64,000 nt of DNA from an uncultured Alphaproteobacteria bacterium (GTDB taxonomy: Bacteria; Pseudomonadota; Alphaproteobacteria; Rhizobiales; Hyphomicrobiaceae): positions 25,833 through 89,832 of the forward strand of contig CAVONB010000009.1 of NCBI GenBank assembly GCA_963697205.1, read 5' to 3'. The notes under the pieces were generated by a model. It was not told the DNA's origin and did no database searches. It saw only the letters and a list, made by a program, of their open reading frames with translations. Every line of letters starts with the position of its first letter. Positions within the stretch are counted from its first letter, which is position 1. The translations under genes were made by a program, and so were the position numbers. Shown here piece after piece: positions 10,239 to 20,624 of the stretch.

Positions 10239-11212
10239 GCGCCAGTCTCCGCCAGACGCACGCGCGGATCGAGCACCGAATAGAGGATGTCGACGACGAG
10301 ATTGATGAACACGAACAGCAGCACGATGATGACGAGGTAGGCGACAATCACCGGCCGGTCGAGCGACTGGATCGAGGTAATGAGCAGGCGCCCCATGCCG
10401 GGCCAGGCGAAGATCGTTTCTGTCACCACCGAAAAGGCGACGAGGTTGCCGAACTCGAGCCCGATAACGGTGATGACCGGAATCAGGATGTTCTTCAATA
10501 GGTGCACACCCACGACGCGCCGCTCGGACAGGCCCTTGGCGCGGGCGAAGCGGATGTAGTCCTGCAGAATGCCCTCGCGCGCGCCGGCCTGCGTCAGGCG
10601 GATGACGAGCGACATTTTGAGGAGCGCGAGGTTGAAGGCGGGCAAAGCCAGATGGCGCCAGCCGTCGAGCGTGAAGAGACTCGACGTAATGCCGAGCACC
10701 GTCGAGGTTTGTCCGCGGCCCGACGACGGCAGCCAACCGAGCATCACCGCAAACACCATGATCAGCATCAGGCCGACCCAGAATGTCGGCAGCGAGAAGC
10801 CGACGATGGACCCAGCCATGATGGACTTGCCGCCGACGCTGTCGGGCTTGAGGCCCGCGTAGAGCCCGAGCGGGATGCCGAGCACGACGGCGAACAGCAG
10901 CGCGGCGAAGGCCAGCTCGAACGTGGCCGGCATGCGCTGGAGAATAACGCGCATGGCCGGCTCGCCGAACACGAACGACTTGCCGAGGTCGCCTTCGGAC
11001 ACGCCGCCGACGAAGTGGAGGTACTGCTCCCAGAGGGGACGATCGAGGCCGAGTGCCTGGATGGCGCGATCGATCTCGGCCTGGTCGGCCTGCGGGTCGA
11101 TCAGCAGGTAGACGGGATTGCCGATCACGTGCACGCCGGCGAACACGATCACCGACATCAGCGCGATGACGAGCGCACTCTGCATCAGACGCCGGAGGAT
11201 GAAGGCGAGCAT
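10235..11212 (-). CDS. Dipeptide/oligopeptide ABC transporter permease (DppB/OppB-like)
   Basis: 325 aa. Typical N-terminus MLAFILRRLMQS and the EAA-loop-like block YIRFARAKGLSERRVV. Confidence 0.9.
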   Translation of the reverse strand: MLAFILRRLMQSALVIALMSVIVFAGVHVIGNPVYLLIDPQADQAEIDRAIQALGLDRPLWEQYLHFVGGVSEGDLGKSFVFGEPAMRVILQRMPATFELAFAALLFAVVLGIPLGLYAGLKPDSVGGKSIMAGSIVGFSLPTFWVGLMLIMVFAVMLGWLPSSGRGQTSTVLGITSSLFTLDGWRHLALPAFNLALLKMSLVIRLTQAGAREGILQDYIRFARAKGLSERRVVGVHLLKNILIPVITVIGLEFGNLVAFSVVTETIFAWPGMGRLLITSIQSLDRPVIVAYLVIIVLLFVFINLVVDILYSVLDPRVRLAETGA

Positions 11213-11268
11213 GGGCGCGCTCCGTGGGGGCGGGCGCGACGGTGTTTCTCGTCGCGCCCCCGCGTCCT

Positions 11269-12849
11269 TCAGTTCCCGCTCAGGTATTTGAGCAGCGTGT
11301 TTTCATCGGAGCGGGCCTTGTAAGTGAGACCCTTGCGCGCGGCCCACGTGCTCACCTGGTAGTGCAGCGGGATGATCGCGACATCCTCGATGGCAATCTC
11401 GGTCGCCTTGGCGAGGAGCGCCGCGCGCTTTGGATCGTCGTTGGTCACGAGTGCTTCCTCGGTCAGGCGGTCGACCTCCGCGTTGGAGTAGCGGCCACGG
11501 TTGGTGGCGCCGCGACCCGTTGCTTTGTTGAACGTCATGACGAGCGGCTTGACTGAGCCCGAGGCTTCGCCTGTGCCGGCACTCCAGCCCACGAGGATGA
11601 AGCTGAACTCGGGGCCACCGCCGGGTCCGCCGGTCGACGCGCGCGTGAAGAACGTGGCGGGTGGCAATGCCTCGATGGACGTCTCGATGCCGATGCGGGA
11701 GAGCATCTGCGCCACCGCTTCGGCGATCTTGATGTCGTTGGTGTATCGGCCGTTGGGCGTGTGCAGCGTCAACTTGAAACCGTTGGCAAGGCCTGCGTCG
11801 GCGAGAAACTTCTTGGCGCCAGCGAGGTCGTAACCCTCTGGCTTCAGCTTGTCGGAGACGCCGAAGTAGCCTTCGGGCAGGAACTGCGAGGCGGGAAGGG
11901 CTGCATTCTCCATCACACGCTCGACAATGGCGGGCCGGTTGAGCGCCTTGGACATTGCCTTCCTGACGCGCACGTCGCGCAGCGGGTTCTTGATCTCGGC
12001 GCCGTCCTTACCCTTCGCAAAGGGTGTCGTCTCCCGCGCATGATCGACGAAGAAGTAGATGACGCGGTTCGAGGTCGCCTGCGCGATTTGGAGCTTCGGA
12101 TCGTTCGTCAGGCGCGCGATGTCGGCGGTCGGCACGTCCTCGATGAAGTCGACGTCACCCGCAAGCAGTGCTGCAACGCGTGTCGGTCCGGACTTGATCA
12201 AGCGGAACGTCGCCTTTTGCCAGTCGGGCTTCTTGCCCCAGTAAGCATCGTTGCGGGCGAGCTCGACGCGGTCGCCCGGCGTGAACTTGACGAGCTTCCA
12301 GGCACCCGTACCGACTGCTGCCTTTCCGGAATTGAAGTCAGCGGTCGTGGCGCCTTCGCCATGCTTCTTCGATACGATCATGATCGTGGCGAGGTCGTTG
12401 GCCATGGTCGGGTAGACCGAGCCCGTGCTGAACCGCACAGTGTGGTCATCGACCTTGGTGACCTTCTTGCCCTTGACTGCGCCGCCGAAGCTCGACGGGC
12501 TGTTGGGCACGTTGCCGGCCCGGCCGAAAGTGAAGACGACGTCGTCGGCAGTGAACGGCGTGCCGTCGTGCCAGGTGACGCCCTTCCTCAGCTTGAACTC
12601 CCAGGTCGCATCGTCCACCACCTTCCAACTCTCGGCGAGACCCGGGATCAGACGCTGCTTCTCGTCCATCTCGATCAAGCGCTCGTAGATGTGGCTGAGA
12701 AAGGCGTTGTTCGGCGTCAGATTATGGTAGTGCGGGTCCATCGATGACGGCTCTGCGGAGAGCGCCACCTTGATCTCCTGAGCCGAGGCTCCGGCAGGCA
12801 TGACCAACATGCCGGCGATTGCCACCAGCGCGCGCATGAAGAACGACAT
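11269..12849 (-). CDS. ABC transporter substrate-binding protein, family 5 (peptide/nickel type)
   Basis: Start at ATG 12849 after GGGAGAC. Signal peptide MSFFMRALVAIAGMLVMPAGASA. Family-5 length and blocks (WHDGTPFTADDVVFTF). Confidence 0.9.
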   Translation of the reverse strand: MSFFMRALVAIAGMLVMPAGASAQEIKVALSAEPSSMDPHYHNLTPNNAFLSHIYERLIEMDEKQRLIPGLAESWKVVDDATWEFKLRKGVTWHDGTPFTADDVVFTFGRAGNVPNSPSSFGGAVKGKKVTKVDDHTVRFSTGSVYPTMANDLATIMIVSKKHGEGATTADFNSGKAAVGTGAWKLVKFTPGDRVELARNDAYWGKKPDWQKATFRLIKSGPTRVAALLAGDVDFIEDVPTADIARLTNDPKLQIAQATSNRVIYFFVDHARETTPFAKGKDGAEIKNPLRDVRVRKAMSKALNRPAIVERVMENAALPASQFLPEGYFGVSDKLKPEGYDLAGAKKFLADAGLANGFKLTLHTPNGRYTNDIKIAEAVAQMLSRIGIETSIEALPPATFFTRASTGGPGGGPEFSFILVGWSAGTGEASGSVKPLVMTFNKATGRGATNRGRYSNAEVDRLTEEALVTNDDPKRAALLAKATEIAIEDVAIIPLHYQVSTWAARKGLTYKARSDENTLLKYLSGN

Positions 12850-12953
12850 CGTAGTCTCCCTTTGCGATATCTTCCCTAGAGGCTTGCACGGATCTGGCGT
12901 CGCGTGCAATGCATCGCCGTGCCCGGAACGCGGGCAGACCAGGAGACCCCGCC

Positions 12954-14093
12954 ATGAGCGCGCTCGCAGGATCGATCGACGTCGAGGCCGTGCTGGCCGA
13001 CATCGAATGCATGGCCAGCATCGAGAGTCATACGGCCAGCCCCGAAGGGGTTAACCGCATGATGGACCTGATGATGACGTGGTTCGAGCCGCTCGGGGCC
13101 GGGCTCGAGCGGCAGAAAATCGACCCGCGGTTCGGCGATATGGTTCGTGTAGCGACTGACCCGGGGCGGGCCGGGCCGGGCATTCTCGTCCTGTCGCACC
13201 TGGATACGGTTCATCCCTTAGGAACGATTGCGCGTGATCTGCCGATCCGCCGCGACGGCGACCGGCTCTACGGGCCGGGCGTGTTCGACATGAAGGGCGG
13301 TGCGATGCTCGCGATCGCCGCATGGCGCAGCCTCGTCGCGGCCAAGGTCCGCACGCCGCTGCCGGTGACGTTTCTGTTCACGCCCGACGAGGAGAACGGG
13401 TCGGTCGGCTCGCGCCAGCACATCGAAGCCGCGGCCAGGAACGCCAAGTATGTGCTTGTCACAGAGCCCAAGCGGCATGGCGGACGCGTGGTGACGGCGC
13501 GCAAGGGCACTGGCCGTTTTCAGATCGAGGCGCGCGGCCGCCCGTCTCATGCGGGCGCCAAGCATGAGGAGGGCCGCAGCGCGATCCGCGCCATTGCGCA
13601 CGCCATTCTCGAGATCGAGGGTTGGACGGATTATGCGCGCGGTATCACTACCAATGTCGGCATCGTGCAGGGTGGGACCGGCGTCAACGTGATCCCGGAA
13701 CATGCGCGCATCAATGCCGATGTGCGCGTCTGCGATCCGCACAGCGCCGCGGAGATGGATCGCAGGTATCGCGCGCTCACCTCCAAGGTGGACGGCGTGA
13801 CGCTGAACGTCGCGGGGGGTATGACACGACCGCCGTGGACGTTCGATGCGACGGCCGAGCAGATTTTCGGCACGGCGGCGGCGATCGCGGCCGACCTCGG
13901 AATCAAGCTCGCGACGGGCCCGCGCACGGGCGGCGGATCGGACGGCAATTTCACAGCGGCGATGGGTATCCCGACGCTCGACGGCCTGGGGGTGGACGGA
14001 GAGGGCGCGCATACCCTCGACGAGCATCTATTGATCCCGTCGATCGCGCCGGGCGTTCGCCTGCTCCAGGGTCTGTTCGAGCGGTTGAGTTGA
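12954..14093 (+). CDS. M20 family metallopeptidase (glutamate carboxypeptidase/CPG2-like)
   Basis: ATG 12954. SHLDTV, GPGVFDMKGG, PDEENGS and RGRPSHAG motifs typical of M20 dimerising peptidases. Confidence 0.85.
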   Translation: MSALAGSIDVEAVLADIECMASIESHTASPEGVNRMMDLMMTWFEPLGAGLERQKIDPRFGDMVRVATDPGRAGPGILVLSHLDTVHPLGTIARDLPIRRDGDRLYGPGVFDMKGGAMLAIAAWRSLVAAKVRTPLPVTFLFTPDEENGSVGSRQHIEAAARNAKYVLVTEPKRHGGRVVTARKGTGRFQIEARGRPSHAGAKHEEGRSAIRAIAHAILEIEGWTDYARGITTNVGIVQGGTGVNVIPEHARINADVRVCDPHSAAEMDRRYRALTSKVDGVTLNVAGGMTRPPWTFDATAEQIFGTAAAIAADLGIKLATGPRTGGGSDGNFTAAMGIPTLDGLGVDGEGAHTLDEHLLIPSIAPGVRLLQGLFERLS

Positions 14094-14505
14094 AGCGTCG
14101 AACCACAACGTGGCCAAAGCTCCGCAACGCCCGGGCAATGCCCTGGCTGAAGAGGGGTCGGCGCACTGACTTGCCCTCGATCTGGCGGCGTTACGCCGAC
14201 CGCCTTGCCCAATCCCACATGGCCAGGACCGATATGGCTCCGCCTCAACCAGCAACGGTTGGAAGGTCAGCGTTTTCCATAACCTGTGTGTCGACCAAAC
14301 GGCTCGAGCAACCCAGTCCCGTTGCCTTCGGCGCGGCTCATCAAAAGACTGAAATCGGCTCCCTCATTGAAGGGGGGGCTGTAGCTTTCTGAAGCGCAGT
14401 TGATGACTTGGTGCGCTGCAAAAGGCGCAATCTCCCTGGACACGCGGCGCCCTTCCGGAATATCCACTATTCGCGGGGCGTTCGTCCCGGCGAGGGGGAG
14501 GGGGT

Positions 14506-16266
14506 ATGCCAATACGTCGGCACTTGGCGGTCGCGGCTGCGTGCGCTGTCGGCCTATTCGCGCTCCAGGCGGAGGCGCTTGCTGATCAGGATTGGCTGGC
14601 CGAACGCTTCGGGGGCGGTGCGGCAAAGCCCCCGCAAGTGGGCAAAAATGCTGATCCGAATCCTCCGGGCACTGCGCAGGCCAAACCTGAACTTCTCCAA
14701 CCCAAGCTGCCCCCCTCGTTCGGGAAGTGGCGCTGGAGAATTACCAAGACGTCTTGGTCCGAGACGGACGAGAAAGGCTTCGAAGCTTTCATCACAGCGA
14801 TCGGCGAGAGCGACTGCGGGACGGTCCACGACTGCATAAACTCGCCACAGGCCAATCCAAGATTTCAGGCTGGCAACCCACCGTATTACCGGTTTTACGC
14901 CGACTGTGCCGATCTCCCCTATTTTCTGAGGGCCTACTACGCCTCGCGCAACGGGCTGCCCTACTCTTTCTCATATCGGTACTCGGCTCATCCTCGCGGC
15001 ACGCGAAACAAGACGGCGATTACCGGCAACAGGATCACCGAACGCCACGATATCGTGGGGCCCGGTCCCGACATGCGAATTGCATGGGCCGAGATCGGCC
15101 GGTTCGTCTCATCGGAGCATTTTCGCACGCCGGCCCAATACTCGGCCAAATTGCTGCCCGACCATTATCCGGTCCAGCTGACGCGCGACAGCATCCGCCC
15201 CGGCACCGTGATCTTCGATCCGGATGGCCATCTGGCGATCGTCTATAAGGTTACGGATGACGGCCGCATCCATTACATCGACTCCCATCCCGACAACTCC
15301 TTGACGCGCGGCGTCTACAATCGGGAGTTCGCACGGGTGGAGCCGGAGATGGGATCCGGCTTCAAGCGCTTCCGTCCATTCGTGCTGAAAGGCGCCAGAC
15401 GGGCCGCCGACGGCACGCTGATCGGCGGCAAGATCGTCCACAAAACCGACAAGGAACTCTCCGACTGGTCCCTCGAGCAGTTCTACGGCAACGAGCCGAC
15501 ACGGCCGGGCAAGTGGAGCGAAGGCAAGTTCGTCCTCAACGGCAAGACATACGATTACTACGATTACCTGCGGTTCAAGCTCGCCTATGCCGGCTTCAAG
15601 TACAAGCCGGTCGATGAGGCCCGCGAGGCAATTCGCGGGATTTGCCAAGATCTGCGCTACCGGGTCGACATGGTTCAGATCGCGGTCAAGGCGGGTATCC
15701 ATCGTCGTCCTCAGCCAAACAAGCTGCCCGACAACATCTATGCGACAAAGGGCGACTGGGAGACCTACTCGACGCCCTCGCGAGATGCTCGGCTGAAGAC
15801 CTCGTTCGAGGAGCTGCGCGACGAAATCGCACGCTTCATAGATCTCCACAAGAGCGGCAGCGATCTTCTGAGCTACGACGGCACCAGCCTTCGCGACGAT
15901 CTGGCAAAGGTCTACCGGCAGGAGACCGCGGCGTGCGCGATCACCTACCTAAGGTCCGATGGGTCGGCAAAAACGCTGTCCTACCACGAGGTCGAGAAGC
16001 GGCTCTTCGACCTTTCCTTCGACCCGCATCACTGTCCGGAACTGAGATGGGGAGCGCGCAGCTCCGAAGAGCTGGCCACCTGTCCGGACGATGCCAACAA
16101 GCGGGCCTGGTACACCGCGCAGGACCGCTTGCGCAATCAGGTCACCCGCACATACGGGGAGCCGATGGGCTGGACGCTTGGCCAGCTTCGTAACCCAAAG
16201 CTCGACATCGGCATCGCAGAAGTCCCAGATGTGAATGTGCTGGCCGCCTTGGGTGCGAGTGACTGA
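14506..16266 (+). CDS. Secreted hypothetical protein (possible Cys/His hydrolase fold)
   Basis: 586 aa. ATG preceded by GGGGGAGGGGG. Signal peptide MPIRRHLAVAAACAVGLFALQAEALA. No family recognised with certainty. Confidence 0.7.
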   Translation: MPIRRHLAVAAACAVGLFALQAEALADQDWLAERFGGGAAKPPQVGKNADPNPPGTAQAKPELLQPKLPPSFGKWRWRITKTSWSETDEKGFEAFITAIGESDCGTVHDCINSPQANPRFQAGNPPYYRFYADCADLPYFLRAYYASRNGLPYSFSYRYSAHPRGTRNKTAITGNRITERHDIVGPGPDMRIAWAEIGRFVSSEHFRTPAQYSAKLLPDHYPVQLTRDSIRPGTVIFDPDGHLAIVYKVTDDGRIHYIDSHPDNSLTRGVYNREFARVEPEMGSGFKRFRPFVLKGARRAADGTLIGGKIVHKTDKELSDWSLEQFYGNEPTRPGKWSEGKFVLNGKTYDYYDYLRFKLAYAGFKYKPVDEAREAIRGICQDLRYRVDMVQIAVKAGIHRRPQPNKLPDNIYATKGDWETYSTPSRDARLKTSFEELRDEIARFIDLHKSGSDLLSYDGTSLRDDLAKVYRQETAACAITYLRSDGSAKTLSYHEVEKRLFDLSFDPHHCPELRWGARSSEELATCPDDANKRAWYTAQDRLRNQVTRTYGEPMGWTLGQLRNPKLDIGIAEVPDVNVLAALGASD

Positions 16267-16549
16267 CCAGCGAGCCTCGGCAGATCCACGCTACAGCCAT
16301 TCTATTGAGCAGGTGCAGCAGCGGCTGGCCAGATTGCAGCGGCGCAACAGATACCGAAAAATCTGACGTTTCGGCTTGGAATATCGCTTGCCTGCTCACG
16401 GAGTATGGCCCGTTCCTATCCTCGGGATTGGTTCGTCGTTTACCAAGCGGATCTCAGGGGTGGGATCTGCTGTGCCGTGTGGATTATGCATTGGATCGAC
16501 CGGGGGCATTCCCTACCTTCGGCGGAACCTGGGGAAATGCGCAGCGTCC

Positions 16550-19500
16550 ATGGACCACTCAAGCGCTCGTCATGCCGGCGCGTTCCTGCGCGGCCGCGAT
16601 CACCCGGACCTGATCCGCTCCGAAACACTCGTAGACATCTTTCGAGCCACCGCCAGTCGGGCTCCCGACAAGACCGCGATCGCGTTGATCGGGGGCGGGC
16701 AGGCGCTGACCTATTGCGAACTCGAAGCCCGGACCCAGCGGGTGGGACGGGCGCTCGCCGCGCGGGGCGTGCGCCGCGGCCAGCGCGTCGGCCTGTGGGT
16801 GTCGCGCTCGCTCGATTTGCACGTCCTGCTCCTTGGCATTCTCGCAGCGGGCGCCGCCTACGTTCCCTTCGACGCCGATACACCGGCTGCACGCGTTCTG
16901 GACTGTCTCGCTGATTGCGGCGCCAATTGGCTGGTCACCGATTCGGTCGATCCTCTCCCCGCTGAAGAGCCGCGCATTGTGACCTTGACGCTTGGGCAGT
17001 TGCTCGAAAGCGATGATGTTGGAGCCAAACTGGATACGCCACGCCCTGACGACGCCGCCTATGTGATCTACACATCCGGCTCCACCGGTCGGCCTAAGGG
17101 CATCGAGATAACCCACCGCGGCATCTGTCATTATCTGCGGGCCGGCAACGCCGTGCTCGGCATCGACGCAAGCGACGTCGTTCTGCAGCAGGCATCCGTC
17201 GCATTCGACTTGTCGCTCGAGGAAATCTTCGTTCCTTACCTCGTTGGTGCGACGCTGAAGGTTGCCCCTCCCAATTTTCTTCAACGCACGGACCGGCTGG
17301 CCGACGTGCTCGAGACGGAGGGTATCACGGTCGTCGACACGGTCCCCACGCTGCTGTCGTTGCTGGAGCGGGACCCAGCGAGCGTCAGGCTGATCATCCT
17401 CGGCGGTGAAGCGTGCCCGGCGCCGCTCGCAGAGCGTTTCGCGCGCAGCGGACGGCGGATCGTCAACACCTATGGGCCGACGGAGGCCACGGTCGTCGCG
17501 ACGACCTGCGAATTGCGCCCAGGTGAACCGGTCACGATTGGTACTCCGATTGCCAATACGGTCGTCTGCGTCGTCGATGAGGAGATGCGTCCTGTCGCGC
17601 CCGGCGACGTCGGAGAGCTGCTGATCGGTGGTCCGGGCGTGGCGTCGGGATACATCGGCCTTCCCGAGCTCACGGCACAGAAGTTCATCAACAACCCGTT
17701 CGAGGAGGAGGCCGATCGACACCCCGTGCTTTACCGCTCGGGCGATGCCGTTCGCATCAATTCCGAAGGCATGCTCGAATTCCACGGTCGCATCGACTCG
17801 CAGGTCAAGATCCGCGGCTATCGCATCGAGCTGGGGGAGATCGAGTCCGCCTTGTCGGACCAGCCCGAGGTCGAGGTGGCAGCCGTGGTCGTCCACAAGC
17901 AGCCGGTGGTCGGCGACATGCTGGTTGCGTATGTCGTGGCCGGCATTGCGTTCGATCTCGATAAAACGCGGGCGTTGCTCGCCGAGCGTCTGCCGGCCTA
18001 CATGCTGCCGCAGCATTGGCGCATGCGCGCTGAACTGCCGCGATTGCCCTCCGGCAAGATCGATCGCAACAGTCTAGCCGCCGAGCCGATCGAAATCCGC
18101 ACTTCGCGTGATCAACAGGAAAGCCCGTCGACGCTCACCGAGGGCGTGCTGCTCAAGGCGGCGCAAGACGTACTCGGGCAGCCGGTGATCGACCTCGACG
18201 CAGATTTCTTCGAGGATCTCAGTGGACATTCGCTGCTCGCGGCGAATTTCGTATCTGAGGTCCGCAAAACAACAGCGCTCGCTGGAATCGCGTTGCAGGA
18301 CGTTTACGGCGAGCGCACCCTTCGTAAGATCGCAGCGGCGCTCGATGCGCGGACGCACGGCTCGTCAATTCCTCATCAGGATCTGTCTTTCGAACCGCCG
18401 CCGTTTCGCCGCCGCTTCATCTGCGGGCTGGCGCAGGCTGCCGCACTGCCTTTCATCATAGCGATCGTCACGCTGCAGTGGATGGGCCTTCTGCTCTCGT
18501 CGATCTACTTGATCCGCGCAGAAACCCCGCTCTGGAAGGAAGTCGTGATCCTGTGCGGAATTTTCGCTGGTCTGAACCTCGGCTCGAAGCTTCTGGTGGT
18601 GGCACTCAAGTGGCTCGTCATCGGACGCACGAAGCCCGGTGTCTACCCGCTCTGGGGAGCCTACTATTACCGCATCTGGCTTATGCAGCGGATCGTGCAC
18701 CTGACCGGGCACAAGTTCCTTCAGGGTACACCTCTGATGCGGATCTACCTGCGCGCGTTGGGTGCCAAAGTCGGACGCGACGCGATCATTCACGAGTTCG
18801 AGGAGGGCGCCATCGACCTGATCTCGATCGGCGCTCGGGTATCGACAGGGCAGAAGGTGCGCTTTGCGAATGTGGAGGTGATCGGCAACGAGGTGCATGT
18901 CGGTTGCACATCGATCGGCGACGACGCGGTTATCGGAAACGCCTGCGTTCTGGAGGGCGACGTCGTGATAGGCGCCGGCGCGGAGATTGCCGATCTCACC
19001 TCTATTCCGGCCGGGATGCGCGTGGGCAGTCACGAGCGCTGGGACGGTGCACCCGGACGATACGTCGGCCATGTGCAGCCGCACGGGCTGCCGCCGCATC
19101 CGGAAGCCGGATCACTGCTGCGCGCGTGGCATGTCGTGCGCTACTTCGTGACGTATAACCTCGCCATGATGATCGGGCTGTTGCCCATCTTCCCCGCGTT
19201 CTACATCCTGACCGAGCTCGACGATTTCACATTCGGCGACCGGGATCACGTCGTGCCCTGGGAGTGGGTGTTCGTGCTCGCATGGCCTGCAGCCATGATT
19301 TTGATCCTCAGCTCGATCCTGCTGATCGTCGTGATGCGTTGGGCTCTTCTTCCTGTCGTTCGCCCAGGCACCCACTCGATTTTTTCCGGGTTCTATTTCC
19401 GTAAGTGGGTGATGAGCCTGGCTACGGAGACTGTGCTCGAGACGCTCAACTCCCTTTATGCCACGCTGTTCATGCGCAACTGGTACCGGCTGATGGGGAC

Positions 19501-20602
19501 GAAGATCGGGCGTGGTACGGAGATATCCTCGAATTTTGCGGGCCGCTACGATCTCATCGAGCTTGGCGAGGACAATTTCCTCGGCGATGAGGCAATCTTT
19601 GGCGATGAGGACGTTCGTGGCGGCTGGATGACGCTGGATCGCGTGAAGACTGGCAATCTTTGCTTTTTTGGGAACTTATCGGTTGTCGCCAAGGGGGCCC
19701 AAATCGATGATGGAGCCCTGATCGGCGTGAAGTCGAAACTTCCCGAGAGCGGCAGGGTTGGTGCGAATGAGACCTGGTTCGGCAGTCCGCCGATCGAGAT
19801 CCCGAACCGCCAGCGTGTGGTTCTCGGCAACAGTCTGACGTACCGTCCACCGTTGAGGATGCGCGCGCTGCGGACCGGTTTCGAGGCGCTGCATACCTCC
19901 CTGCCGACCGCTGTCCTGATCACGCTTGCCTACGTTTCTGCCGACGTCATGGAGTTCCCCATCGACGCGGGCGACTGGGGCATGGCTATCGCGATCTTCT
20001 TCGTCGCCGGCTTGCTCGTTTCGCTCGCGATGGTCCTGGTGTCGGTTGGCTTCAAGTGGCTCCTCATGGGCGCCTATCGTCCAACCGTGCGGCCGATGTG
20101 GTCGTGGTGGGCGATGCGTACCGAGGCCGTCGCCGTGCTCTATGGCGGCTTGTCGAGTAAAGTGATGCTCGACTATCTGAGGGGCACGCCATTCCTACCG
20201 ATGATGCTCCGCCTTTACGGTACCAAGATCGGCAAGGGAACCTATCTGAACAGCCCGGATCTGACCGAGTTTGATTGTGTCGAGATCGGTGATTTCGCGG
20301 TCGTCAACATGCTTGCCAGTCCGCAAACCCATCTCTACGAGGACCGCGTCATGAAGGTCGGACGCATCAAGATTGGTCGTGGCGTTACGATCGGAACCGC
20401 AGCGATCGTCCTGTACGACAGCGAGATCGGCGATTTTGCTCGGTTATCTCCACTGACCGTCGTGATGAAGGGGGAGAGCATCCCACCGCACACAGTGTGG
20501 ACCGGCGCGCCGGCACGAAGGGTCGTTGAGGAGACGCCATCAATCCTGGACGAGAGTGTTCCGGAACCCGGCAACGCCCAACTGGCAGCGGCTGTCGCGT
20601 AA
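16550..20602 (+). CDS. Pls-type non-ribosomal peptide synthetase: A domain, carrier domain, then three [2 TM + LbH-like] repeats (homopoly(amino acid) synthetase-like)
   Basis: A-domain cores YTSGSTGRPKG, NTYGPTE, GELLIGG, YRSGD, GRIDSQVKIRGYRIELGEIE and PSGKIDR. Carrier motif DLSGHSLLA. Three-fold C-terminal repeat marked by LRALGAKVGRDAII, YRLMGTKIGRGTEI and LRLYGTKIGKGTYL, interleaved with hydrophobic helix pairs. Start chosen at ATG 16550. Confidence 0.85.
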   Translation: MDHSSARHAGAFLRGRDHPDLIRSETLVDIFRATASRAPDKTAIALIGGGQALTYCELEARTQRVGRALAARGVRRGQRVGLWVSRSLDLHVLLLGILAAGAAYVPFDADTPAARVLDCLADCGANWLVTDSVDPLPAEEPRIVTLTLGQLLESDDVGAKLDTPRPDDAAYVIYTSGSTGRPKGIEITHRGICHYLRAGNAVLGIDASDVVLQQASVAFDLSLEEIFVPYLVGATLKVAPPNFLQRTDRLADVLETEGITVVDTVPTLLSLLERDPASVRLIILGGEACPAPLAERFARSGRRIVNTYGPTEATVVATTCELRPGEPVTIGTPIANTVVCVVDEEMRPVAPGDVGELLIGGPGVASGYIGLPELTAQKFINNPFEEEADRHPVLYRSGDAVRINSEGMLEFHGRIDSQVKIRGYRIELGEIESALSDQPEVEVAAVVVHKQPVVGDMLVAYVVAGIAFDLDKTRALLAERLPAYMLPQHWRMRAELPRLPSGKIDRNSLAAEPIEIRTSRDQQESPSTLTEGVLLKAAQDVLGQPVIDLDADFFEDLSGHSLLAANFVSEVRKTTALAGIALQDVYGERTLRKIAAALDARTHGSSIPHQDLSFEPPPFRRRFICGLAQAAALPFIIAIVTLQWMGLLLSSIYLIRAETPLWKEVVILCGIFAGLNLGSKLLVVALKWLVIGRTKPGVYPLWGAYYYRIWLMQRIVHLTGHKFLQGTPLMRIYLRALGAKVGRDAIIHEFEEGAIDLISIGARVSTGQKVRFANVEVIGNEVHVGCTSIGDDAVIGNACVLEGDVVIGAGAEIADLTSIPAGMRVGSHERWDGAPGRYVGHVQPHGLPPHPEAGSLLRAWHVVRYFVTYNLAMMIGLLPIFPAFYILTELDDFTFGDRDHVVPWEWVFVLAWPAAMILILSSILLIVVMRWALLPVVRPGTHSIFSGFYFRKWVMSLATETVLETLNSLYATLFMRNWYRLMGTKIGRGTEISSNFAGRYDLIELGEDNFLGDEAIFGDEDVRGGWMTLDRVKTGNLCFFGNLSVVAKGAQIDDGALIGVKSKLPESGRVGANETWFGSPPIEIPNRQRVVLGNSLTYRPPLRMRALRTGFEALHTSLPTAVLITLAYVSADVMEFPIDAGDWGMAIAIFFVAGLLVSLAMVLVSVGFKWLLMGAYRPTVRPMWSWWAMRTEAVAVLYGGLSSKVMLDYLRGTPFLPMMLRLYGTKIGKGTYLNSPDLTEFDCVEIGDFAVVNMLASPQTHLYEDRVMKVGRIKIGRGVTIGTAAIVLYDSEIGDFARLSPLTVVMKGESIPPHTVWTGAPARRVVEETPSILDESVPEPGNAQLAAAVA

Positions 20603-20624
20603 TTCTGATTAGTGGGTTTCTGCG

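Noticed and set aside
16559-18016. 485-aa minus-strand ORF inside the NRPS adenylation domain.
   Set aside because: It is antisense to a region carrying all canonical A-domain core motifs, and it has no motifs of its own.
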